Assembly (NCBI GenBank): GCA_032718475.1
Contig: JAUCBJ010000647.1
Coordinates: forward strand, 1-38,250
DNA: 38,250 bases
Origin: Nemertoderma westbladi
Taxonomy: Eukaryota > Animalia > Xenacoelomorpha
Direction: 5' to 3'
Within the stretch, counting starts at the first letter, position 1. Each line of letters opens with the position of its first letter. A model generated the notes under the pieces. The model was not told the origin of the DNA. It ran no database searches and was given only the letters and a program-made list of their open reading frames with translations. Below, one piece after another: positions 22,660 to 34,481 of the stretch. Both the position numbers and the translations under genes were made by a program.

Positions 22660-24859
22660 GCTATGTTATCCTTGTTACCATACCTGATGTTTAATGTATC
22701 CCAAACTTGTCTTAATCCGTCTGGATGTCCAATAAACTTTAACGCCATTAACTTGGGAGGTCCTTCCAAGCACTTGATGAGGAATCTAAGTTTCTCTCCG
22801 TTAGATAGTACAGAGTTCTGTATGCTATCTTTGTAATATTCATTGAAAGGTAACCATTTCATCTCATCTCCATTGAATTTGACGATTTCTCCCACTTTGA
22901 CCACTTGGCGGGCTTCTGTTCAAGCCATCTGACGCGTAAAGCTTTCTTGGGCCATCGTATTGTTTAATATCGAATTATCGGTATATAAATTTCCCGGATT
23001 ATTATCAGGTCTATAGGGAATATCATCAACAACAGGTTTATAATCACCCTTAATAGGGTTTGCTATAGGAGTTTCTACTTCACTAGCAGTATAGATGCGT
23101 GTAGGCTCCACACCTTGCGCATGTAATACTTCAGACCTAACAGGTTGACACACAGTTACAGGGGGTATTGGTATACCCTTTTGTATATTGACTAATTTGT
23201 CGCGTTCTAGCGCGATACTTTGCTGCACTTCTTGCAATTCTAGCGCGATACTTTGCTGCACTTCTTGCAATTCTAACCTACTTTCCCTTACTGTTCCCTT
23301 GAGTTGGTGGACAGTCCCTTCTAAATCTCGGATCTGCTGTGAGGAACATTCTCGGTGCTCTCTCAGCTGCCCGAGCAAGAGACCCATCTCCCGCCGTCCC
23401 TCATCAACCCACTCGACCGCCGAAGTAGCCGAAGACCGCCAACGTAGTAGCGGGCCGACGTGGGATGACGGGAGACAAATCTTGGATTTCTCTCTCGGTG
23501 TCAAGAACCGGGACATTCTCTGGGACTGCTCCACCAGGTGCAAACAGTTTCGTACTGTGTAAAGGGAATTTGGTTGTAGGTTCGGGGAGTACAGGGGCCT
23601 CTCTCAACGAAGGGGTGTTTTCGAGAACAGGCTTAACTATTTCAGGCTCATCTACTATCGTAGGGAGTCTTTTGACCTTAATAATTTGGTCTGTGGGTTC
23701 TGTACTACCTAAGTCTGCTAGCTAGTTGTCTTCTAACAGCTGGGGGCAAATCAGGCAATTTGTGACGGTGAGATGTTTTTCTACACCTGCTTAGACGAGA
23801 TCTATTTCCTCCGCCTTCAGGATCGGTGGTCTCGCCTTCCTCCGATGATGTGTATTCTTGGCGCTTGGGAGTAGATTGACTCATCATCTGCATTTGACTA
23901 GCAGTTAACTGTTTATTTATGCAGTCTTGCGTCTCTTGAAGATTTTCCAACTCCAGTTGGGTGGTCTCTTCAGACGCTCTCTGTTCTGCTTCTGCCAATG
24001 CCATTGCTGCTGCTGCTTTTGCTGCTTCCACTGCCGCTGCCGCTTTTGCCGCTGCTACTGCCTTTCTGTCCTCTATACGTTTTTTCTTTACTTGTTCTTC
24101 TTGGACTCTAGCGAGGCGGAGTTTTTCATCAAATTTAGCTTGGTTCGCAGCTAACATTTCCGCATCGATTGCGTCCAACACAAGCTTGGTTCCTTCACTA
24201 TTAGGGCGAAGTCCAGACAGTCGTCTCCTCAACTCTTCGTCTCCTAGGAATCGCTGATAGTCTGACAGATAAATATCAATAGCGTCTCTCTTTCGCGCCC
24301 CCCCCCCCCCCCCCCCCGCTGTCACTTCGCTTTCTTCTTGAGAAGAAGTGGCGTCGGTTGATTCTTCAAAGGTTGGCCACTCATTATAAACCGTATCCGC
24401 CATCTTCGCTCCGCGTTCGGGCGTCCGCTCAGCAGTATCCGAACTACTGGAGCTATCGAGCCGCTGAGAACTAGGTTCTTGGCTAGGATGTTGCTGCTGT
24501 TTGACAGCTGCTTCTTGATCCTGCTTGACTTGGGCCCGAGTGCCGATGATAGACCTACGTTGTTCTACTAGCCTAGGGTCTGACACTATTACTGTAGGGA
24601 TGGCCTTTTTTACAATAGTAGGTGACTTAGACTTGGATCTAGGATGTTCTATACTTGGATCTGGGTCACTGATCTTTTTAAGGCACTGTCTAACAGTCAT
24701 TCTAACACTTTCTAAGAGACTATCCGACAGTGATTGGGTTGTGTCTGACATGTTTGTTTACACAGTTGAATGCCTATGGCTATAAATACAGTTAAAGCAA
24801 GTCTAGTAATTCAGTATCACTGTTAGCCTAATAATTAATTACCGATACTGCTACTCAGT

Positions 24860-25140
24860 GTAGCGTGATATATATATAATATATTAGAATACCGGTATGC
24901 TTATAGTATATATATAAGTATTATTACAGACTAGATTTGTCACAGAGTACCGGTATATAATTTTAGCACAAATATATATAAATATATAATAGGCCTATCG
25001 TGAATACCGGTATACAGCTGACACTTATAGTATATATAAGTATAATTATTACAGACTAGAATTAATTACAGAATACCGGTATGATTTCAGCCTAAATTTA
25101 TAGAATAAATATAATAAGCCTATTGTAAATACCGGTATTT
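24860..25140. repeat. Degenerate tandem repeats in BEL 5' leader
   Basis: Recurrent GAATACCGGTAT..CTTATAGTATATATAAG..ATTATTACAGACTAGA units. Confidence 0.7.
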
Positions 25141-26120
25141 CAATTATTTTAAAATAATTGAATTTCTGAATGTTAGGGGTTACTTGGTTACTTTACTTAC
25201 TTTATTACCGTTATTTGAGCAGCAGTCCAACTGATATTAAGACCTAAGTGTTGTATAACAGGCCTACTATTTTATTAATAGATTTAGTGGATTTATATGT
25301 ACCCGTATGAGGGGTTTTGTTACAATATTGAAATAGATGTTACTATTTCTGGGAAATAATCACTACACAGAAGCTGTGCGCTCTCAGTGAAGTGCTACTT
25401 ATTGGACACTAAAACAAATAATTCTACTTCCTAAGTTACTTATCTACGAATTACTTACGATACGGGTGAGATTAAATCTCTAATTAAACACAACAAAAAT
25501 ATTACGTATGAAATTTTAGGGTAATTTTACAGGGAACTACAAACCAGTCTAACAGAGTGTTAGATTTTCTGGTTATTACAATGGACAGGATACTACGGTA
25601 TTTGAAAATAATAAGTAGTAGTAAATACACTGTGTTGTCCAGATAGGAAAATACCACCGTCTGACGACCTATAGCTGTATCGCTATAGGTACTACATTAT
25701 GTATCACGGAGTGTCCCTACCTAGAAGTTAATTACCGCGGTCTACCAGAACCAACGTGCCTATTAACCACTTTACAACACAAATATACTGCCTACACACT
25801 AATTACCTTCGGAAAGCACTGTACACTAAACCCTAAATTAGGTACAAGTACTGGTACAACAAATAATCAGTAGTTAAATATACTTGAACAGCTAAAAGAA
25901 CCACGGCATCTGCTGGAGTGACCGGTGCACAAAATCACCAGTCTTTACCTACGCCAAGCAGCCAGTGTAGTACCAGGGTTAATTTAACTATGACGGTATG
26001 TGTAACAAGCACAATTACTGTAGGAATAAACTTGGGAACATGAATGTTGCGAATAATCGCATAAACTCTGAATAATAAATATTACGCTACCCGTACAGAA
26101 TACTCAAACAAAATACAAAC

Positions 26121-26650
26121 CAAACGCTGGCAGACTACCATCAAGCCTAAATAAACTACTGTATGTGCAGATTCCAAAATGGTTAGTTAGTATGCGTTCT
26201 AACACGGTAGTACGACTTATTCTTTAGGAGGGGGTTGACCTTACAACTCAAGATGCCCCAACTTACTAACTGGCACTTTATCAGACAAACTCTACACACG
26301 CAGCAATCTCTTCAGACCTAATAACAACTAGACAACAATCCAGCCTACAAAATATCTGAGTAATAACTATTACGGTACCTGAACAGACCACACAAACAAA
26401 CACAGGCTAAAACGCTGGCAGACTACTATCAAGCCTAAATAAACTACAGTATATGCAGATTCCGAAATGGTTAGTTAGTATGCGTTCTAACACGGTAGTA
26501 CGACTTATTCTTTAGGAGGGGGTTGACCTTACAGCTCTGGCTGCCCCTACTTCCTAACCGGCACTTTATTGGACAGACTCTACATGCACTGCAATCCGTT
26601 CAGACCTAACAACAGTCAGAACAACAGTCCAGCCCACAAATTATCTGTAC
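26121..26650. repeat. Direct repeat (~289-bp spacing) in BEL 5' leader
   Basis: AAACGCTGGCAGACTAC...GGAGGGGGTTGACCTTACA at ~26122 and ~26410. Confidence 0.9.
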
Positions 26651-26929
26651 AATCTGAGCAGGGTTACACGCCTTCTGCTCAATATTATCCTACTAGTAAA
26701 TAAAACTGACAGAAATAGACCTAAGTAAAATCCCAATAAAAACCAGGCGTCCCCGATTTAATATCGAGACCTACCGGTATGTAATTATCAAAATCGAATA
26801 ATACTGCTGTACCTGTACTGCTGTAAGTACCGGTCCGGATGATCAGGCAATCAGGCCTACAGATTACCGGTCGACCGGTACTTTAGTCTTGATCGCTTAC
26901 GCCGCAATCAAGATCCTACAAACTGTTTT

Positions 26930-28136
26930 TGTTCGCGCTTTTAAGAACTTTGGCAGTTTAACCCGCCAAATCTATATGTCTTCTAGGTTATAAATCTACT
27001 CCAGACTATGACAAGTATTGAACACCTATAATAATTCTAACATTAGCCAAAGCCAGTCTGTGCGCGACCATTCACCCGCTGGATATACCCGGGAGACTGG
27101 ATTTGGATGCTTTAATTTGATTGCGGTGCAGGCCTACCGTACTATTCGATTGATCGTTAATATATAATCTCTGACGAATATTATTCACTTTCGGGAAATA
27201 TTAGCAGTTCCTTTAGGACGTGGCGCTCTATCTATTTAAACAGAGCTATGACTTACACTATACACAACAGTATGTCTTATAGATCACCAAAGTGCATTCT
27301 TTAGGAAATGCTTTGTTACTCGGTCAAGCACACACAGACTATTGCACACAACTGCACACTGAATTGCCGACATTCACTGATTTTAATCATATATAAAGAG
27401 AATAACAACCGACATTTGTAGGGCCTATTAAGTAGCATTGAACTCACTACAAACCACGATAATGTATGTCGCAAATTGTTATATGTAACCGGTCTCTCTA
27501 ACCTTAGTGTATCAAGAAGATTGGGTTTTCGGATCGTTATCAATATTCTTCCCAATAATAATATGTAAACGAACGATACAATTAACAACACAGTAAATAG
27601 CAGTAAATAATGCGGCGAAAAGCAGTTTACGTCAGGGTGCTTAATCAGATGCCGAGATAACAGTTTGATGATCTTATAATTAAAGACGCTCTAATGTCAG
27701 AAAACCTTCCCCGGCCGGTGTTCTAGGCGTGGGGGAAACGTCAGTACTGAATCCTGTAATTCTGCTGTACAGCTTTTACACAAAGAGGGAAACTCTGATT
27801 GGTCGAATGGCAAAAAGCTCCACGTGGATACAGCTGATAGATGTCGTCATTTTGAGCTGAGCAGAACAAAGAACCAAGGCAAGGCTCCGGGCAAGCTACA
27901 CGTGTAAAGCTCAGCCGTTAGCTGTCGTCATAGTAACGACACTGTTTCAAGAGGATCTAGGGCGTTGCGTCATAGAATTGCTAATCATGTCCTCCAAAGT
28001 ACACATACAGAAGAAATAACTTTTATGTCCCCTAAAAACACCGGTTCAGCAATGACACGGCCTTTTATGCCTGCTAAACCAACTACAGAGTACTTTACGG
28101 GGAAAATAACCGGGCAATTCCGCAAAAGCTTTTACA
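26930..28136 (-). repeat. BEL 5' LTR
   Basis: Direct repeat of 12397-13603; minus-strand CCAAT near 27800 and TATAA near 27675. Confidence 0.97.
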
Positions 28137-29104
28137 ACATAGACCATGTTTGATGTAGTTTTGTTTTGATCTGTCAAGTTCATCTTCAAGCTTTCCTATG
28201 TCCTGTATACTTTGCCCTCTTAACCGAAATCGAGTTTTGTTGTTTTTCTTTGATGTGTAAACTGATGGAATGTGGTCTTTTGATGCCTTTAGAAGAGTGC
28301 TGGTTAGAGTTTTCAACATTGAAGTTGAGTTGGGTTTATCAGTCAATGGTATGTTGTCTAGCAAAGGGTTAAGAGTGTCCTCAATCTGTTGCGAGTATCT
28401 TTCTATTTGATTTTTGGAAGCTTTGTGAAATAGGTATGTTGGGTTGCGTAACTTTATTTTAATCTTTTCCTGTTGCGTTTCTCGATTTGTTTTTGGGGGC
28501 AGATATTTTGCGAATATTGGCGTGTGGTCTGAATCATTTCGATTGTCCCACTGTGTCACCTTACAGATGTCCAAGTATGTGCCGAGACTATTGGAACACA
28601 AAATGTGATCTATGTATGATTCATAGAGGATCCTTCCTTGCCTTGATTTGCGTCAAAACGTAGCTTGTGGTCCTTCAGCTTTGCTAGAGAGATCACTGTA
28701 TGTTGGGTTTTGATTATTAGCAACAATGTCTTCAAATATGCATCCGAATTTTGATGTTTTATTCGAACCTCTTGATGTATATTGTTGTCGTTTTATTGCA
28801 GCATTCATGTCTCCAAGAAGCAGGACCTCACACCCAGCTTTGTTAGCGTCATCAATGATTAGTTTAAGATTTGTGCAGGTTTCAATGTAGCTATCTCTAT
28901 CGTCTCTGTTGTTGGAAGATGACGGCATGTACACAGAAATTATTACTATGCCGTTACTCATGTAGCCATTTAATTTAAATGCCACAATTCTTTCATTGTT
29001 TGTTGTTATCTCATCACAGTCAAAATATATGTTGTTATTTATAAACACAGCTACTCCGCCAGAACCATGGGATTTCTGTTTTGTGCTTCCAATTGAGTCT
29101 TTTA
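28137..29104 (-). pseudogene. LINE AP endonuclease domain (5'-truncated)
   Basis: GSGGVAVFI, ISVYMPS, LLGDMNA, YIDHIL, SDHTPI; frameshift near 28650. Confidence 0.9.
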
Positions 29105-29565
29105 AATAAGCCTTCCGTAACCTGGAAAACCTTCGTGCGCAACCGGGTGGGCGAGATCCAGCTCCACGCACCCTCCTATCTCTGGTCCCACATACAAGGA
29201 AGTCTGAACCCGACAGACATCGCTACCCGCGGGTTCGACCTCATCAATCTTAGCTCTTCTAGTTGGTCGTCCGGCCCCCCGGGCGACCCCGACCACATAC
29301 CAGTCGTTGACCCGCCGGTCATTGACCCTCAACATGCGACTCTGGAAAGCCGCTGTCTGTTGTCTCGTCCTGCCATGGGGAGCGAGACTGTCATAGACCT
29401 CCTACGTTTCTCGACACTCACCCGCTCGGTTCGGGTTATGGCATGGGTGTCTCGCTTCATCCACAACTGCCGGGTTCATCGGCGAGCCCGCCACTACACT
29501 GCTAGCGGCCCCCTCAGTGGAGAGGAGCGAGCCCAAGCCCTTATCTCACTCTTCTATTTGGAACA
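29105..29565 (+). pseudogene. BEL/Pao pol fragment, right part
   Basis: KTFVRNRVGEIQ, WSHIQGSLNPTDIATRG, RVMAWVSRFIHN; continues in frame from ITLAWLSN at 10176. Confidence 0.9.
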
Positions 29566-30059
29566 AATAGAAGAGATTGTTGAAGGACAACAAATCTGTG
29601 CCTTCTGTACATGGCTTTAGCTGACGTTCTGTTATTTACGATTTGTTTCATCTACTCGTTTCCATATCAATATCGGGAATGTCGCCTCCTTCGTAGTTAG
29701 TGTCTGATACAGAAATGCGAAAGCAATACTCTCTGACACAGTCTGACAGTAGTTAAGCATAATATCATCGAAAAAGAAGTCAATCGAAACTAAAACGATG
29801 ATGCAAGCACATTATTTCATTTTAAACAACAAACATAATGTAAACAATGGCAGACCTACTGAACTGTACACAACTTGTGTATAGTATATTTCGAGTTTTC
29901 TAATGCTCAAACAACCAGAACAGTGGCTCTCGATAACAAACGACAAACTGATATTGTATTTGGAATCAATGTATGTAAATTAATCAAAAAAGTTAAAATT
30001 TTATTTTATGTTGTATGTTTAGGAAAATTAATATTACTGGTTAATATTAACGCACTACT

Positions 30060-30130
30060 AGGTGGCACGTCTTTTATGCTGCATGGAGGTGACAAGTTTT
30101 CTGTATTAATGACCTAGAATACCTGACCTG
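30060..30130 (+). mobile_element. 3' fragment of the SINE family at 34101-34311
   Basis: Shares AGGTGGCAC..TTTATGCTGCATGGAGGTG..AATGACCTAGAA.ACCTGACCTGA. Confidence 0.8.
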
Positions 30131-30468
30131 ATCGGTTGATAGGCTGCATCTACTGTATGTAGGCAGTATTCTGATAACCTGAAAGAGCTTATCAGGTTGA
30201 TGCCATTAACAATGGTGAAGATAGCAGGCAATCAATAAACCTGCTCACTTGGAGGAAAAGCCAACTACCAAGGTTAAAGCAGAATCTCCAGCCTCTTGAA
30301 GGTTCAATTATTAATATAACTGATGAAGCTTAGCCATTCAACCTATAAAGTATTTGATTATTGTTACTGTAGTACAGTAATGTGGTATTTTTTTTAATAT
30401 AAGTAAATAATTGCTTTTTAGGCCTACCTATAAATATTAAAATCAAACAAATAAATAAAAAAAATAAA

Positions 30469-30716
30469 GCATCAGCTTGGTCTAGTGGTGACATTACTGG
30501 GCTTCCGATTAGGGAGCCCGGGTTCGATCCCTAGATGAGGCAGCACTGTTTGGGCACAGTGCTTTAAATGCTGCAGCCTAGCCCAACCCCGGCTTTTATC
30601 CTTCAGTGGTGTGATAAATGGGAACCAAGGCAACTTGGGAAACAGAGTGGAAGGGTTTACTGTGGAAGATCACCCATGGTGGTGAACAGGCAATCCTTGG
30701 CTTAACGAACCTAAAA
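30469..30716 (+). mobile_element. tRNA-derived SINE
   Basis: A box TGGTCTAGTGG (30478-30488), B box GGTTCGATCC (30521-30530), then ATCCTTC..GATAAATG..ACC resembling a conserved SINE central domain; 3' end approximate. Confidence 0.75.
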
Positions 30717-30881
30717 GATTCTCCCATTCTAAATATTAAAATAAGATGTGCTGTTGTGGGTAGTACAAACTATTCACCAAAACCAGTAAGTCAGACTTTA
30801 TGTTTACCAATCCACCACAATTCACATGTAAGTAGTATACCGGTACTCATGCGAACATAATTAATTTAAAATAATATTTAT

Positions 30882-33009
30882 TTAGTTGCACATGTCTTTA
30901 TCGTCACAGCAAATTAATTCGCAATCCGCGGTATCCGCACACAGCAATGGTTCTGCTTTGTCGCAATATTGTCGGTAATCTGGCAGGATTCCCGCCATTC
31001 CCACTACGCCGTCATAAACTGTGTTATCTCCTTTTTTCAAACTCTGGAATAAAAATATACATTTTAGTGCCTCAAGTATTATTATGATTTTAACACAGAA
31101 TTCGCCAATGTGTCAATTTCTGCATTTCTTTATGTTGAAATGTATTCTGAATCCGATTAACACACTTAGAAGGCCACACTCCCACGATATTTAGGCTATC
31201 GTTTTAAAATTGTACCTACTGTATATGCCAGTTTTGCATAGGAATTGGAATTTTTTATTAGACGTCAAATCAGCTCAAATTTACGCAATTAAAATATGAA
31301 CAATAACGATAACATAATAAAATAGTTAACAGAACAACAAAAGTACCAACAAGACAATGCAAAGACCTTTAAACAGATATATAATAATTGTTCATTAAGC
31401 ATCTGTAATCTGTACTGTATATTTATATAAAATATTGAAATATGTTACTGAAAATAAAATGGTCCAATTTAAAATAGGTTAGAAATGAATGTACTATATG
31501 TTTATAAAAAAAATATATATATGTTTTAATATGTTACTGAACTGAAAATAAGATGGGCATAGGATAGGGCCTATACGTAGTTGCACGGGGTCTCTAAAAC
31601 ATTGAGTAATAATGATTTGTCGTCGAGGATAGCCCCATGTGACTGCGTCTCGTTTCCATAGACCGTATGATAATGAATTTTTTTAAAACAACCTATATAA
31701 CAAATTTTACTATTATAAATAGAGTAAGCCCGGGAAACGTTGATATAAAATAGGAAACAACGAATCGGGAGCTAGAATTGTAGTTTATTATGATAGAGGG
31801 AGATTTGATTTATATTTTTAAAACTTAACAATCGAATTTGTCTTAAGGGTTTTTTAATGCTTTTTGAGTAATCATTGTTAAAAATTTTAATAATTTTTTC
31901 TGAAACTGTGACGGAATCTGAGTTGGTAAAAGATCCCGAACGGTGTGTGTTGGTGTCGTATGGAGAATAGGCGCCGCCGCGTTTCCTAGGCAACTGAAAG
32001 GCTGTGGTTGGAACTGAAAGGCCGAAGGCCGTTGAAATAACTGAGTTTGTAGTTATTGCTGTTCGTAATATCTGATAAGCACAGTCAGTCTAATATAACA
32101 ATAGCAGTAATATTGACAGCGATGACGGTTAAAAACCGTCTGACCTCTACACTCAATGTAGCCAACTGAAGCACAATTAACAGAGTAACTTGTTATATAT
32201 ATTACATGGGATACACATTCCTACCTTGGTTTGGCCTACCAGTGAATGCGCGATAATTGATGGTAAGCCGCCCTATCCTTGGTTGATCTATTCTCTGGCC
32301 CTATGCTATTTTCCCCTGGCCCTATGCTAGCTTCCCCCTGAGATGAGCTAATGTGCTGGCATCTCTCTCTCTCTAGCTGGCAATGTATATTGCCCTGGTA
32401 ACTTCAGTATGCGATATTATATTGGTAATATCGCATATCCCATTATGATTCGTAAATCATGCCTTTCCCCATTTTTCGCTGGGTAGTGCAGCGAATTGGA
32501 TCCGCTAACATAAACAACCTACAGTACATATCCCTATACATTGTTTCCTACGTAATATGTTACATAATTCCAATACCAAAACTATTTTTGTTTGAAATCG
32601 TTACATTTAATGTATTTAAAAGTAAATAAGACCAAAATCCTGGAATATTACTTGCAAACAAAATTACAATCAAAATTGTCGTTTTATATGAAAAGTCAAT
32701 TTTGTCATTTAGGTTGTTTGAAAATGAAAGATAGCAGATTGACTAGCAGATTTCCGACCCGGACAATTCCGACATATCAAAATTAAAGTTGGAAATTTAT
32801 TTTGTTATATTTGGCTCACTCTTCTCTTGTGGCATCTACTGTATGTGTACCGTTACTACCGTTTTATGAAAACGACATGGTACTGTACATACCCAGCAAA
32901 AATCGCAAAGATCTCCTCTATCTTTCACATCTCCATCCGACATTGTCCTTTTGCAACGCAAACTGAATCCAACTACAACAAATGACGCAAATACCAACAA
33001 TTTCAACAT
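30882..33009 (-). CDS. Secreted Ly6/uPAR three-finger-like protein, 92 aa; exons 32893-33009 and 30882-31043
   Basis: AAAATG start, TGG|GTATGT donor, TTCCAG|AGT acceptor, phase 0. MLKLLVFASFVVVGFS-LRCKRTMSDGDVKDRGDLCDFCWSLKKGDNTVYDGVVGMAGILPDYRQYCDKAEPLLCADTADCELICCDDKDMCN*. Splice sites conserved in the paralog; AATAAA overlaps the stop. Confidence 0.88.
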
Positions 33010-34100
33010 TTTTGACAGAAGCGTTATGTATATTATTAACAAAAATATATAAAAACAAAATAATTTGTTATAATATAAAACTTGGAATAAAACTCGATTT
33101 AGGGGGTAGTGTCGATGATTTTGAAATAGGCCTACTGTATCTTAGTTAAATCGGCTTTTTTATTGGCAGAAGCAGGAGGCTCAGTTGGTTGAGTGCTTTT
33201 ACTACAGTACTACACTACTACTACTATTGGCATGCTACATTGCAGCTGCATTATATAAACATGTATATGCTGTGCCGGCTTTTCGACAAAATGCGCCGCC
33301 ACAATATGGGGATTTTCAAGCTTATATATTCTCGTAGCAGCCTTCCGGTCGCCTCCGGCTTCGGGCGACTGTTTGTTTGCTTTTTTAAATCAGAGTTTGA
33401 CTCCTTCCCGCAATAATTGTTTTGCATCGCGGTTTTATTATTTCTGTAATAAGCCTTTCTATTAAAAACATAGTCAATCGGACGCGTCACGCCTCCAATT
33501 TATAACATACTGTAGGATCCTATGAGAGCCGAACCGACGTCCGTGTATCACGCCGAAGAGTCAATATAGTCATAGGTCTCGGATCTATTTAACGGAACCG
33601 TCAAAATTATGAAGTCTGTGAAGGTTTCTTCAACAGACTGACAGAAGCGGATGCTTCTGGGAGCACTTTATGTACCGCTTTAAAAATCGCTTTAAATACT
33701 GTATAAGTAATATTGCTTTAAAAATATTATAGGAGCTTGTAATGTATAGGCAATCATCAATGCCGTAATATGCGCCGTCACGCGGTCAGACGGTAGACAA
33801 TCTGATGTAGCAGGATAGGGGCCTCATTAGCCTAAACAGGGTGGGTGTCGCAGTGGAGTCAGATATGAGGCCCATCACCCATACCTACTCTGGGGCACAT
33901 GACCCACAATTGTCTGTGCAGCTCATCTGCTGGGTCATGCCCCGTACCCCTACAGCCAGGTGCAGGTCGCAGTAAAGTAGAGTGGAAATGAGAACACTCT
34001 ACTCCTGACCAGTCATTGGTAGATTTCCATCTGCCTGGCCAGGCCATATACCCCTGCAGCCAAGTATATGTATATGTAGTATACTATATGTAGTATATAA

Positions 34101-34311
34101 GTACCACCTTGGTGTAGTGGTTGCATTGAATTCACATCTCCCGTAGGTCGTGGGTTCGATCCTCACATGGGCCAGGGCAGTTTCGCGTTTCGGCACGAAT
34201 GCTTTAAAGGGACCAGCAGAGGGTCTATGCAGCCACAGGTGGCACCTCCTTTATGCTGCATGGAGGTGGCAAGTTTTCTTGATCAATGACCTAGAAAACC
34301 TGACCTGACCT
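34101..34311 (+). mobile_element. tRNA-derived SINE with (ACCTG)n tail
   Basis: A box TGGTGTAGTGG (34110-34120), B box GGTTCGATCC (34153-34162), tail ACCTGACCTGACCT. Confidence 0.82.
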
Positions 34312-34481
34312 ATGCACACTGCAAACTGTCTCACCAAGATACATAATAGCCACATTGATAGGATCTCATACTTTAAACTCCAACCCCTCGAAACCAGACG
34401 TATAATTTTCGATTTACGTATGGTGTACAACATCTGGAATGGTAAATTAGTACTAGAATTTGGTGACTTTTTCCAGTTCAA
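34312..34481 (+). mobile_element. CR1-like LINE C-terminal fragment
   Basis: DRISYFKLQPLETRRIIFDLRMVYNIWNG resembles the LE.RR...DL..VY.I..G motif. Confidence 0.65.

Larger units (their letters stand above)
16616..24751 (-). pseudogene. BEL gag-protease with premature stops; RT, most RNase H and integrase missing
   Basis: DUF1759-like KFNGDEMKWLPF..KLRFLIKCLEG; knuckles CALCDGPHRLSVC, GHQRRIC, CAKWGAKHHILLH; protease LLDSGSTGTFI; then jumps to QWRHC..NPADIASRG. Reads DNIAKYLYAKL across the Gypsy insertion. Confidence 0.9.
12397..28136 (-). mobile_element. Defective BEL/Pao LTR retrotransposon
   Basis: Two 1207-bp TG...CA LTRs, 5-bp TSD ACATA (12392-12396, 28137-28141), PPT-like GGGAGCGG next to the 3' LTR, BEL-type gag and protease. 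Confidence 0.95.
10178..29104 (-). mobile_element. 5'-truncated APE-type LINE (RTE-X/CR1-like), split by the BEL insertion
   Basis: APE at 28137-29104 and RT at 10458-12396 rejoin across the ACATA TSD; AATA is repeated at both outer junctions (10174-10177, 29105-29108). Clade call tentative. Confidence 0.85.

Noticed and set aside
25661-25692. Hammerhead ribozyme candidate CTGACGA + CCTATAGC/GCTATAGG stem
   Set aside because: No GAAA core after the stem; the candidate at ~32012-32036 lacks CTGANGA.
28653-29171. 172-aa ORF as a single gene
   Set aside because: Chance read-through from antisense Pao sequence into the LINE endonuclease across the 29104 junction.
30469-30545. tRNA genes here and at 34101-34170
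   Set aside because: A and B boxes present but no convincing cloverleaf; they continue into SINE bodies.
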